Below, piece after piece: positions 14,169 through 26,730 of a DNA stretch of 64,000 bases. A program made the translations under genes and the position numbers. How positions within the stretch are numbered: the stretch's first letter is position 1; each line of letters opens with the position of its first letter. A model generated the notes under the pieces. The model did no database searches. It worked only from the letters and a program-made list of their open reading frames with translations, and was not told the DNA's origin. Source of the DNA: Chrysomallon squamiferum (taxonomy: Eukaryota; Animalia; Mollusca); NCBI GenBank assembly GCA_012295275.1, contig CM022670.1, positions 30,566,001 through 30,630,000 of the forward strand, read 5' to 3'.

Positions 14169-14462
14169 ATGTCATCATCTACTTTGTCATCGACAAATGT
14201 TTCCAGTTTATCAAGCAATGACTCGGATTATTATTATAGCTATGAGTATGATTATGAATCCTCTGTCAACAACCTCCCCCTAGGTGAAGTGATCCCCACC
14301 GGACTGGCTTATTCCTTGATCCTGTTACTGGGTTTGGTGGGTAACAGCCTTGTGATCTTTTCCATCGGCTACTACGGCCGCATGAGAAATGTCACCAACG
14401 TATTTCTAATGAGTCTTGCCTCAGCGGATTTGTTACTCATTCTCATTTGCGTTCCCGTTAAG
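14169..14462 (+). CDS. GPCR gene 1 coding exon 1 (N-terminus, TM1, TM2; 98 aa)
   Basis: MSSSTL...GLVGNSLVIFSI...MRNVTNVFLMSLASADLLLILICVPVK, followed by donor AAG|GTAAGC at 14463, phase 0. Confidence 0.95.
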
Positions 14463-15029
14463 GTAAGCTTCTTATTACTGTTGTTATATACATATATGTA
14501 TGTATGTAATGTATGTATGTATGTATATATGTATGTATCCATGTATTTATGAACGTATGTATGATTATACATAATGTGTATTGTATATTGTTGTTTTAAT
14601 GATATTGTTGTTACTTCTGTCGCTGATTACAGTCATGACGTTAATATTATGTATTTACTTACTAAAATGTCTGCTTGTTTCATATAACATAACCAATGCT
14701 GGTAACACTATGACCAGAAAAAAGTGCATATACATATCTGTTTTCATTACAAAGCTAACGTGATAATAATCATTATATCCAGATATTTGTTTCTTTCATT
14801 TAAGCAGCTGCCTGCGTAGGTTCAAGAACCCATTTTCACAGAGACGTAGATCCAGTATTAAAGCCAACGGTTGCTTTATCAATAACCATAATGCGTTGAA
14901 ATAAGAGTCGTTACTGCCCTAATTCAAAAGAATGTTCATTCGAACGTCTCCTTGTAATTTGCTGATTAAATGAGTAATTTTAGTAAAGAGAGAAACAGAA
15001 CAGTCACACGTTAGCGAGTTAATAAATCT

Positions 15030-15230
15030 TTCTTTATTTAATGTCACTGCATATATAATCATATGCGACGTATGAATTTTGTGTTTTGATGGTACTAGAA
15101 TGGAAACTGAGAGAAAATACTCTTTGGATTACTATTATCGATTAGCAGCAAGGATATCTTTAATCAATAATGTTCCCATTGATAGAGAACATTCCACGGC
15201 GCTTGATAAACCATGACCAGGAGAACACTA
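15030..15230 (-). mobile_element. Highly decayed copy of the same MetaSINE-like family
   Basis: CGATTAGCAGCAAGGATATCTTT ... CCACGGCGCTTGATAAACCA is colinear with the 32695-32885 element. Confidence 0.45.
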
Positions 15231-15804
15231 TGTAACAGTTCTGAATTAAATTTATACGTCTTAAAAAAAGAAAGTAAATAACAAAAATTAAAATGAATTA
15301 ATTAATAAAGAAAGAAAGAAATAAAGAAATAATACAAAATAGAAATAAAACAATAAAAAACGTATGTGTGTGTTATTGTTGTAACTTATTTTGTATTATT
15401 TCTTTCTTTCTTTCGTTATCTTTCTTCCCTTTTTATACACCAAGACACGAATGTTTTTGTGTATGTGTTTATGTATATCTGTATCTATCTCTGTCTGTTT
15501 GTCTGTCTCTCTTTCTATATATCTATCTATCTACATCTACTTATAGATGTAGGTATTGTTTTTAATGAAGATGAGATGATTTGAGGGTTTTTTAAAATAC
15601 ATTTTAACATTTTTATCCTGTTAACTTTCTCGACTGTCTTAATAGGGCTGTTCCGTAATAGGGCTGGAACCGTAAATCCTAAAAAAAAAAAAAACAGCCT
15701 CTAAGTATTAAGAAAGGGAACGAAAGATTAAATATTCCAATAACCAAACAAATGAGTAAACTAATTAAACAACGAAGGAAGGCCGAAAGCCATGAAACCT
15801 AATA

Positions 15805-16058
15805 CAGGTTGAGAATCCCTTATTCCGAGCAGCAGAAACAGTGATATCTTGTAATTTTTTTGCTGTATGCTGGACAAGCTTTCTTTTATGCTCTAAGAAG
15901 TCATGCAAACTATTAAATTTTTGTATAAGCTGTACATGAAATACAAACTGAATTCGAATTTAGACTTAGATCCTGTTCTCAGATTATCTCCATACATTAT
16001 TTAAAAAATCTGAAAAGATTTCGGTCCCAAGCAATTCGGATAAATGATTCTCAAAATT
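15805..16058. mobile_element. Decayed pogo/Tigger-type MITE resembling Tigger4/MER46, in intron 1 of gene 1
   Basis: Left end TA|CAGGTTGAGAATCCCTTATTCCGA and right end GGTCCCAAGCAATTCGGATAAATGATTCTCAA....|TA form an imperfect inverted repeat. The ends and subterminal region resemble the Tigger4/MER46 consensus as I recall it. Confidence 0.65.
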
Positions 16059-16932
16059 TATTTAGCTCGTGTGTGAGTTAGAAGGAAATGCATCGTCATT
16101 ACTTAAATATAGACTAGACTGCGTATTTATTCAAATATACAAGGTGTGAGCAGTTAGCTAAACGTATTTATCAGTTCCAACCCCAGATAATGTCATCTAT
16201 CATAAATGTCTGTGTTTGCGATTCTTGCAGTTTCTCTCTCTCAGACAGACTTGCATTATGTTTACTCAGCAAGCAGGTTTATATGTTCTTGATAGCGGTA
16301 AACAGTACGTATTTGTTGTCTGTTATACTGTCACGAAAAGTATGTGTATATCGCTCCGGAATCGCCAGCTAATAGGTCAGGGGAAACTAAAAGCCTGTTT
16401 CTTCGTCTGTCGTACACATTTCGAGCTTCCATTCTAAAGCGTATCTAACAGATGTCAAAGTATATCAGATTAAACCTCTGTTATATATTACATTTTACTA
16501 ACTGACGCGATCAACAGGCACGTTTTAAACACGAGAAGTAAAATAAAGTTATTAAATTTGAATTCCTGGTATGATTAATTTCCCTTACATTAAGTTTTAT
16601 TTGACCATATTAAAAAAAAAAAAAAAAAAAAAAAATTCTCAAAGTTTATTTTTTTAATAATTTCGTTACATTACTGAATGATTTTTGCGTGTTTGTGTAT
16701 GTAAAAATAAATATGTTGAAGTAATTCTTATAACGGCATTAAAAACATATAGGTAATCACTAATGCACAAATACTAAGTGGCATGCATAAAAGAGTTATT
16801 TATTAAATACACATATAAAAGATTTAGTGTTGGCGACTGCCTATCTCAAACAATTCCACCGTCATAACATTTTGTAATAGGAAAGAATAAAATTAACAGA
16901 TTTTTATAAAATAAACAAAAATAGATAAACAG

Positions 16933-16965
<33 letters not shown>

Positions 16966-18294
16966 CTAATAGACAGATAGACAGATAGATAGTTAAAATT
17001 ATTTATAAAAATTAAACAATTTAAATAAGTAAAAAAATAAAGTGAAATTATTATAAAATCCTATACTGTAACTGATAAAACAACACCTCTTTAATTTACT
17101 TGCAAACAGTACTGATTTTAACTAGTAGATTATAAATCGCACCCCAGAACGAAGGGTTACTCCAGCATTTGGTAAATATAATATTTGAAATGATTTTGAC
17201 GAAATTATAAAATTTAATAAAAGTGAAAATGTGAACGCTAACAAAATGCAAAGGACCTAGAATTACGTAATTGTTTACTATAAATATTTAAATTAATTTA
17301 AGTTTTATATATGAAATCGATAAAATTTAATAGAAATGTAGAAAATGGTGACAAAATTCATATTCATTCTACATATATTTTTGACTCTAGATTATTTAAA
17401 AACTATTCTGAAAGAAGCAAGTTTTCAAATTGTTTGTTTCTTCTGGAGTTGATCAAAGTACCTTTAAACCGCCAGCAAATTGCTGAATCGTTTCTTGAAC
17501 GATGCTTAGTGAATATCTGCCCAGAATAACTATTTTCCAGTAAACAGTTAAGAATTGTGCTCAGCTTAGTAATTAGTTGCTGGAAATCGTTATAAAATTA
17601 TTTTTAAAATCACATCAAGCTATTAATAGAGTAGAAGCAATAATTGTAAAGTAATGTTTTCTTCGCAACACTGAGCCTAGTTATTCGGCTTTTGTCAACC
17701 TTATAATAAGGTTTAAATTAATTAAGATAAATTACCGGAGCGAAATCGAATATACATGAATGCTAAGACTTGAAACATGTAATGAAAGAAAAGAGGAAAA
17801 TGTTTTTTTCTTAAGAACACACTTTTTTTTTTGAGCTGACAATGCAATAATATTAATTTATTTATTTCAAGATTGAAAAGATAATTTCGTTTATATTGAG
17901 AATACGAAGAAATTATCGATATGCAGCAAATGAATAGTATTTTCTTTACTTCAGTACATTCTGGAATAAAAAGAGAGAACCGAGACTAAGCTAGAAAGGT
18001 TAATAAAATGTGATTTACATAAGTTCTAACCTGAAGAAACCCAGAATGGAAATATACAATAATTTTGTTTGAGACAGTAAATCAATTTAACTGTTAAACC
18101 GTTAGGAAAATTCATTTTTAATTTTTTTAACTTTTGATTTTTAAAACTTTTTTTTATGTCATTGTGGAAAAAAATATTTTAAATAATTTTCGACTTGAAG
18201 AAAAAGAAGAATAAGACAAAAATAATAAAATAAAATAATAAAAATAAAAATGAAAATAAGAAATAAAAACTAAAAAAATAAAATATTGTCTAAA

Positions 18295-18330
<36 letters not shown>

Positions 18331-18572
18331 TTTTTACTTGGGAGAGTAGAAAGGTTAATTAATTAATTATTATCACTGTATTTAGTGTAGAACAAGAAAT
18401 AAAATGAAATTACAACAAACCAACCGGTTTGTCAGTGACGGCTACCATCTAGAAAGATTGAATGTTTGGATTAGGGAACGGTTACTTGTTTTGCATTATA
18501 TTTCACATTCTTCTTCTTTTCCAAATTATTGCTTATGTGTGTTTGTGTATGTGTTGCATCCATAAATATAAG

Positions 18573-18651
<79 letters not shown>

Positions 18652-19349
18652 ATATATATGTGTGTGTGTGTGTGTGTATATATATCTATCTATCTATCTC
18701 TATAGATATGTGCGTGTGTGGGCCTACGTGTCTGTGCATTTATGTGTGTCTATATGTATGTTCCTTTCTTTTCATTTCGTTTCTTTCTTTCTTTTCATTT
18801 TTTGTTTCATAATTTTTCTTTATTCGTTTCTTATTCTGTCATAATTTAGATCTTTCAGTGATGTGTGTTCCATCTTAACAAACCAATCAACTTGACAGGA
18901 TATAATCAAAATTTGAAATCATCGCATTTTTGGTTTTTATTTCTTTTCTTCCCTTCTTCTTATTATTATCATATTCTATGGGGCGAAATAGCATTATGTC
19001 TAGCATAATGGATAGAAATTAATCTGAAAATTATGATTTATTTCGCATGTAGAGCGTGACACGTAACATGAATTTACTGTTTAACTGTCGTAATTATCCT
19101 GGGAATAGTTTTCTTCTTACAAAGGAATACTAATGTTATATCATATAATAATCCGAGTAAAGATTGTCTTATTTATTTATCACAGTCAAATAGCTTTGAA
19201 ACGCAGTAAGACCTTATTCTGATACAAAAATGATTTATGTTTTTTCTTTTCTTTCTTTCTTTTCTTTCAGTTGCCAGTAAATGAATGTTTCATAATCAAA
19301 TTGAAAAGCTGAAATACTCTGTTGCTATCATCACTATTAACATGAATAC

Positions 19350-19699
19350 TTATACTGCTGTTGCTGTTACCACTACACAACAACTGTTACCACTACACAA
19401 CAACTGTTACCACTACATGACAACTGTCACTACTACTACTACTATTTCTACTACTATGGTTACTGTTGCTGCTGCTGCTACTACTAATAATAATACTGCT
19501 TCTACTACCACCACCAGTACTGCTGCAACTGCTACTACTGCATCCACTACCACTATTGTTGTATTATCATCACCACCACTGCTACTGCCTGCTGCTGCTA
19601 CTACTACTTTTACTACTACTCCGACTACTATTATCACTACTACTGCTACTACTTTTGGTGCTATATTGTAACTATCAATCGAGCGACTACTGTAAGCAC

Positions 19700-19794
<95 letters not shown>

Positions 19795-19820
19795 CTCTCC
19801 TCTGCTCTCCTCTCTCTCTC
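19350..19820. repeat. Degenerate (CTA/CTG/CCA)n trinucleotide tract followed by (CT)n
   Basis: Direct reading; explains the Thr-, Leu- and Val-rich ORFs. Confidence 0.9.
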
Positions 19821-20440
19821 ATTATTTGCAGCCTATATCTGCTTCAAACTCTCTATATTTTCTTTTGTCTTCCTGTTAAACCATATAAATATCTGTTGTT
19901 TACCTTTCTTTATTTTTTTTCTCTGATTTCTTTGTTTGTCATCAGTGTTGCCTTTTCTTTATATACATATATATATATATTATAAGGAAATTTATAATTG
20001 AGAAAAATCACTTACTAAGAGCCGTTTCACGGCAATGAACTTGCCGTGTTGTAGATGGGTATTTGTTACAGACATCACAAATAAAGAGATTTCACAAGCA
20101 ACTCTCTTCGTAGGTCAAGCTGAAAATTGTTAGTAGGCAATGAGTAGAAATCGATCAGAGAAAACCGGTAACCATTAAACACTCAATAATTCTTAGTATG
20201 CTGACTGTCTAATATTACCCAGTATTAGACTGATCAAACCAATTCAGCTTGACAGAAGATATAACTGCTTCGCTTTATTAGGTTTATTATAATTGTTTGT
20301 TTTTATTTTGTATTTAATCTTTTTACACATAATCAAAATAAGTTACAACCGTAAGCTTGTTTACGAAGAATATAATAAAATTTGAGAAGACTTTCCTTTC
20401 CTTATCATTTTATTAATATAAACATTAATTCCATATTAAG

Positions 20441-20718
20441 ATTTAAATAGCAGACCTTATTCACAGAAAAAAATAATTTACATAAAACGAGAGACAGACA
20501 AAATATTTTCAAATTTTCTCTTTATCTTAATTTTAGACCATAAGCTCTAATATAAAAACTGTCACAAAATTTTGTCTCGTGTAATAAACTTTAGTTTAAT
20601 TGTTCAAAAAAGAGCTTTAATGTCATACAATTTAAATAGCAGACCTTATTTACAGAAATAAGTAATTTACATAAAACGAGAGACAGACAAAATATTTTCA
20701 AATTTTCTCTTTATCTTA
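20441..20718 (+). repeat. 89-bp direct repeat, 2 copies, 100-bp spacer
   Basis: 20441-20529 and 20630-20718 (ATTTAAATAGCAGACCTTATT...TTCTCTTTATCTTA) differ at 3 positions. Confidence 0.9.
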
Positions 20719-21808
20719 TTATCTTATTGGCTTTGATATTTTAAATAAATAAACATTTAAAACATTTAAAACAAATATTGTACAATCTTTAAAATCAAAC
20801 ATCATTATTATTTATACAGACTTCAGAAATGTCTATCTGAAGGAATTGGGGTGTCATACGGCAAATAAATAAAAATAACAATTTCAAATTAAAACATTTA
20901 GCGTAATTTTATTTTAATTTATGATTTTTTTATCAGTATTTCACTTACGGATGTGACTGTTTAAATCGAAAAAACAAAATACAACAAAACAAACCTTTCT
21001 TTCTCTGTCTGTCTATTTGTCTCTCTAACACAATCTTTAGCTATTCGTATCCAGTACAACATGCGCTTGATCAGAGGAAACAATTATATTAAAATGTATA
21101 TCAGAGATTGAGATTGTTGCTATTATTATTATTATTATTGTTGTCGTTGTTGTCGTTGTTTTTTTTTATAAAGATAAAACAATACTGTTTTTGGCTGAAG
21201 ATTGAATACGCATTACCAAGCACCTTACTGATGCTACATCATTCCTAGAGGTTTGGTTTCTAAGTTCATTCTTTATCACGTAAACAAATGATTTTAATAA
21301 TCTTATAGAACCAAAGCCAAGACAAAAATGTTCATTCGTAATGGATAGAACATTTATAAAATTATTATTATTATTTATTTTCTTCTTCATCACCTTTATT
21401 TTGTTATAAATAACACAAAGCACATCACTGTTTAGGTGTATGCAGGTGTGTGTATAAGTCTGAAGGTGTGCATCTGTGTCTTACTGTGTGTGTCGGTGTA
21501 TATATGTGAGACAGAGAAGAATCGATTTATGAAAACGTGTACGTCAATACGTGTATGTAATAAACCATACAGCCATTTAATTAAAAAAATTATTTATTTA
21601 CGTTTCTGTCTTTATACCTTTATAACCGAAGATTCAGAAGATACGTACAAACATACACTTTTATAATAGAAGATTCGTATATATGTATGCATATAATGGA
21701 GTGGGGGCGTGTGTGTTTATGTGTGTATGTTCATGTGTAAAATATCAAAAATAAAATGAAAAATTCTCAAGGCCATATACTTTAAATCTCATAAATACAT
21801 GTGATTCC

Positions 21809-21840
<32 letters not shown>

Positions 21841-23147
21841 TATTTATTTATTATTATTAATTTTTTTAATCATTTCAGGTTAGGTTCTGTTTGTTTATTG
21901 AGTTATAACTCCCTCCTTCAACTATTTGTTAGAAATGAGCAGGTGCAAATGTATGGTGATTTAAGCCGACAGTTAATAGATATACAAATCAGATTTATCA
22001 TTAATACAGATACACAGTATCGCTATGATATATAGCAGTTTTAGAAGTATGCAGAGATAGAAAAATATATTGCATATCGTAGATGTTCGCAGAATAACTA
22101 ACACACAGACATTAATACCCGTAATAGTTCATAAAAATAACTGTATAACAAATGAAATTTGCTTTCTAGAGATACGTATAACTGAACGGAATAAGTAAAA
22201 AAGAGAGAGAGAGAGAGAGAGTTAGAGAGAGAGAGAGGATTAAATATAGATTATAGGAGATAATTCATACAAAGAGGAAGAAAAGGTATATTAAATAACC
22301 TGGAACATTTCGAAACGTAATCACTTTATATAAAGAACATGTATTGTCTTGGATTACAATTTTAACGATTTGTGTTCATCATCGTTATTCCAGTCAGTCA
22401 TTTCCTGTATTAAACGGTTAGAAAGACGCTATAAGTGAAAGAAAACAGGCTAAATTAGTCACAAAATCTTGCTTTTCCATTAACTAGGGTGCATCTGTGA
22501 AGGATTAGCAGTACTTTAGTGAAATACTTGGTAGTCATCGGAGCTGACTTCATTGTTTGGTTCTTTGTATTAAGAATAATAATCAGTTAATATTAGTTTG
22601 AGAAAAGTCTCTTACATCTTGTTATTTATTTATTTATTTATTTATCGTTATTAGGAATGTAATGCGACGCTCTATAGGCCTATATATAATTGTATTATGT
22701 ATGTACTACACACTGCACGTAGCGGTGAATCACTTGTTCAGCAAGTGCAGGGAAATCTAATCCATCTTTTAACACACATTTTTTTCACCCGTTGTTTCCA
22801 TTTAAAGATTGTTGTTTTTAGCATAGAGTGAATGGCCTAACTGTTAGAGAGCCAATTATGTAAGTTGTTGTTGACCTTATGCGGTCTGTCAGAGTGGACC
22901 AGTTACGTTTGACCGATAGTGATTGCGGGACTGTTTAAAGAGAATTTGAAGTCAGGGCTGAACAGTAATAGCTTATAGATAATGATTGATTTTGTCCGTT
23001 CAGGGAAACTACAAAATCACACCAGGATGATTATTTATAAACTTTGGAGAAATGTTTTGTTGTAATAATTTCACGTACTAGTTCTCATGATAAAAAATAT
23101 ATAGAACAATATAATTTAACAATACATACATCCGTACGTACATACTT

Positions 23148-23148
<1 letters not shown>

Positions 23149-23212
<64 letters not shown>
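23149..23212. repeat. (CA)n microsatellite
   Basis: Pure CA tract. Confidence 0.95.
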
Positions 23213-23213
<1 letters not shown>

Positions 23214-23475
23214 CATATACAATTCTGCATATGGACCTAATAATGACAACAAACGAAATGTTTTTACGCTTCCCTTTTGTAAACATTTGTCTGTGCTGAA
23301 ATATATATTTCTGTGTATGTGTATGCGTCTGCAAATGGTATGTATGTGCGTATTCTTACAGAAATGGATTGGTGAGTGTAGAGCAAGCATGTTTATGTTT
23401 TGCTTTTCACGATTATTTAGCGTACTGGATATACTGTAATTCATTTATTATTATTACTATTTTTTTTTTTTTCAG

Positions 23476-23597
23476 TTTGTTGCATTTTTCTCTTTTACTT
23501 GGACCTTTGGTGAATTCATGTGTAAAGCCGTCCATTACTTACAAAACGTTTCAATGATCTGCTCCGTTTGGACACTCACAGTTATAAGCATTGAAAG
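23476..23597 (+). CDS. GPCR gene 1 exon 2 (ECL1, TM3)
   Basis: A poly-T tract plus CAG acceptor precedes FVAFFSFTWTFGEFMCKAVHYLQNVSMICSVWTLTVISIE(R). Donor AG|GTAAAA, phase 2. This frame is absent from the ORF track. Confidence 0.93.
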
Positions 23598-25011
23598 GTA
23601 AAATTTTAATTATGAATATATAAAACTTGCATATGTGTTTATAAAGTGCTTACGTACATATACACATATTAAAAACACATATATAGATAGACAGATACAT
23701 ACATATATACGTATATACATGCAAACGTCATTTATATAAAAACATACAATGATGCATACATGAATACATATATTCTCGTATATTCACAGGCCTACATACC
23801 AATATACCTATTATATACCTACTACATTCATGCATGTATGATGGTTCTTTTAAGAAATACATACCTGTATAGATCCTTTGAGATAAAATTTGTTTGGAAT
23901 GTTGTCCATGCTTGATAATCGTGCCACTTAATTCAAACAATGGAAATGACGTTAACAAATAAATGCCTCGTCGATCAAAGAGACAGTGTATTGTTGTAGG
24001 TATACCACGACAGAGACAGAAAGAATAAAACAATTTAAAAACAACAACTAAACAAAACATTAATTAGAAAATGAAATTAAAAAAAAAAATTAAAAAAAAG
24101 TCTGCCATAGGCGTGTCGCCAAAATGTGCTAATTTAAATACGCTTATTCCAGCTTTATTTTTTCCGTCGTAGGCAGATCTAACCTTTGCGATAGCTCAAT
24201 GTAGTTATTTTTTTCATTAAACATCTCACATCCTTAAATCACTTAAACTTGCGGAATTTTTTTATTGTATGTCGAAACGTATTTAATAGATCTTACGTAG
24301 TCATAGGAGACAGTTTTCTATTTTCGGAAACTTGTTAATATTAAAACTGCATGTCTACATGATTTCTGCATGTCTTTCTTAGAAGTACATCATATCCGAA
24401 ATAATTTTGCCTCAGATTTGCATCCACTTGTCTATTTAACAATAATTAATTTTTATATGTGCACGGTTGAGTACAGACTGCCTAAATCTTTTAATGATAG
24501 AGACTATCAATAATTTTTATATTCATCAAAATACTAATTTGTTCATATTTTTCTTTGCAAGCATTAAGGCATTTACTTAAAATTACAACTTTTTTCTGAT
24601 AATACAGTTGTCAGAATTATATTAAGCACTAAAAACTATATTTCAACAATTATTAAAATCTGTGATAGCTTAAGAAGTACTGTCACACTGGTTTCGCTGT
24701 TAATATTAATAATAACATATTCAGCCAAAATATTAACTATTGCTAGTACAAGACACTATTAATATTATTACATTATGGACGTTTTAAAAATGTTTACAAA
24801 AAGGACTGATTGTTCTAAAAGCTATTTTACTTGACATACATAATTTCTATAGATATTTTGTGGAAGGTGCGGAGGCCACACGTTTGTGTTTGTGTGTGTG
24901 TGTGTGTGTGTATACGTCTGCGTGTATGTGTGCGCGTAATTACATGTGTGGGTCAGAACTCTAATGATAAAAACTTTAAAAACTCCTGACATTTCCTTAT
25001 TTTATTTTCAG

Positions 25012-25135
25012 ATTTGTCGCAATACGGTATCCGCTAAAAGCAAAGTCACTATGCACGATGAGACACGCCCAGTTAGTGGTCATTTGTGTCTGGTTGCAGG
25101 CGTTTATCATGGCCTTACCCATTATTTTTGGCAGA
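25012..25135 (+). CDS. GPCR gene 1 exon 3 (ICL2, TM4)
   Basis: Acceptor TTTTCAG|A completes the Arg of ERF, then FVAIRYPLKAKSLCTMRHAQLVVICVWLQAFIMALPIIFGR. Donor AGA|GTAAGA, phase 0. Confidence 0.92.
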
Positions 25136-26037
25136 GTAAGAAAATTCTATACAATTTCTGTATATTTTAAAATAAAGCTGAGTGTCAGCCAGCCTTAGAG
25201 TTTTAACTAGTTCTATTTGTACTTTCAACGTTTCCTTGAATTCTGAGAACCATTCTGATGACAAGTTTGAACGTAACCATGTTACATTAACCCTGTTAAC
25301 ATTATATTAAGGTTTCGGCTACTCAGCGAATTCTAAATCGCTGTCAATTAACTCAGTGAGCCCTTCTAGGTCGGTAAATATAACAACATCAAGTGGACTC
25401 TTATTTATTTTTCTATTTGTATTCTGTCAAGACTCTAACGTCCTGACATTTTCCCGCAATTACAGTGTCATGGTCTCTAATATTAACTCGGAGAATGTAA
25501 TATCTCAATACCGAACTGTTCTATTTATAAACTTTAAAACTACTCTGTTCTTTTCTTACCTGTATAATGCAGCTAAAGTTAGAACACTAGATAACTTGGT
25601 AATCTTAGGTTTTCAACCTGTTTTATTCTCAAAAGCGTGCAAAAAGCTATTTAATTAGCTTGGAAGTTTATAACAGTATTGCAAAAGATATATATTACCA
25701 TATCGTTAGTCCACTTTTCCTTTTTTAACGTTTGCTTAGAAATCTCGAATACATAAGAAAAACAAAAAAGCCAGAAATAATGGAATTAATTTTTATTAGT
25801 AGTAAAGACTATACCCTGTTTTAAATAAAACTGTGACTTGAAAGAATAAAATTTCGTTTAGGTCATATAACAGATTTAGTGGTTCAGTTTATGTTTGTAA
25901 GATGTCTATTCTAGAATATTAAATTAAAAAAATTATAAGGATCAGTTAATGAAACAATCAGTGAATTGTATACACTTATTTCCTGGTAAATAAACCTAAT
26001 ATATTCAACACTATACTGGACAGATTTCTTTACATAA

Positions 26038-26083
<46 letters not shown>

Positions 26084-26228
26084 TCAGTTTGCATAACATG
26101 AGAAATGTATACAAATTGGTAATAGCGTTATATTATTTTTTATTTTTATTGTGTTTTTGTTGGGTGTTGTTTTCTATAAAATTTAATGTAAATCTAACAA
26201 AAGTTATGTAATTAATTTAATTCTGCAG

Positions 26229-26431
26229 ATTCATAAAGAAGTTGGATACTTTCGTAAAGCCTTTTGGTGCCTCAAAGAATGGTCCATACAAGCGTACTCT
26301 ATCACATATGAATTGTATATGTTGATTGTGATGCTGGTAATACCAGGAACGCTGATGCTTGTCGTGTACACATTCATCTCACACGAAGTCTGGAAGCTTG
26401 CAGGACTCAGAGCTAGTATGAGATCAGGAAG
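26229..26431 (+). CDS. GPCR gene 1 exon 4 (ECL2, TM5, start of ICL3)
   Basis: Acceptor TTCTGCAG, then IHKEVGYFRKAFWCLKEWSIQAYSITYELYMLIVMLVIPGTLMLVVYTFISHEVWKLAGLRASMRSG. Donor AG|GTAAGT, phase 2. Confidence 0.92.
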
Positions 26432-26697
26432 GTAAGTCACCCATTAAAATATATCTTCAGACGTAAAACATTTAGGAAAGAAAAACCTATAAAACGCTAT
26501 TTCTTTCTCCATCTGATTCACTATCTAATTTCTGATGCCTCTGTCTCTCTCTTTGTGTCCGTTTCTCTCTGTGTGGCTGTCTCTCTCTGTCTCTCTGTCG
26601 TTCTCTCGTGTCTAATATCATATACAAATAAACAAACAAAAAGAAGAAAAGATTTCTAAAGAAGATGAAAAACAAAACAAAGCGCATCTCAAAGCGA

Positions 26698-26730
<33 letters not shown>

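Noticed and set aside
19285-19879. Thr-rich mucin-like ORF and overlapping Leu/Val-rich ORFs
   Set aside because: Arise from a degenerate trinucleotide tract that is open in several frames, inside GPCR intron 1; no exon support.
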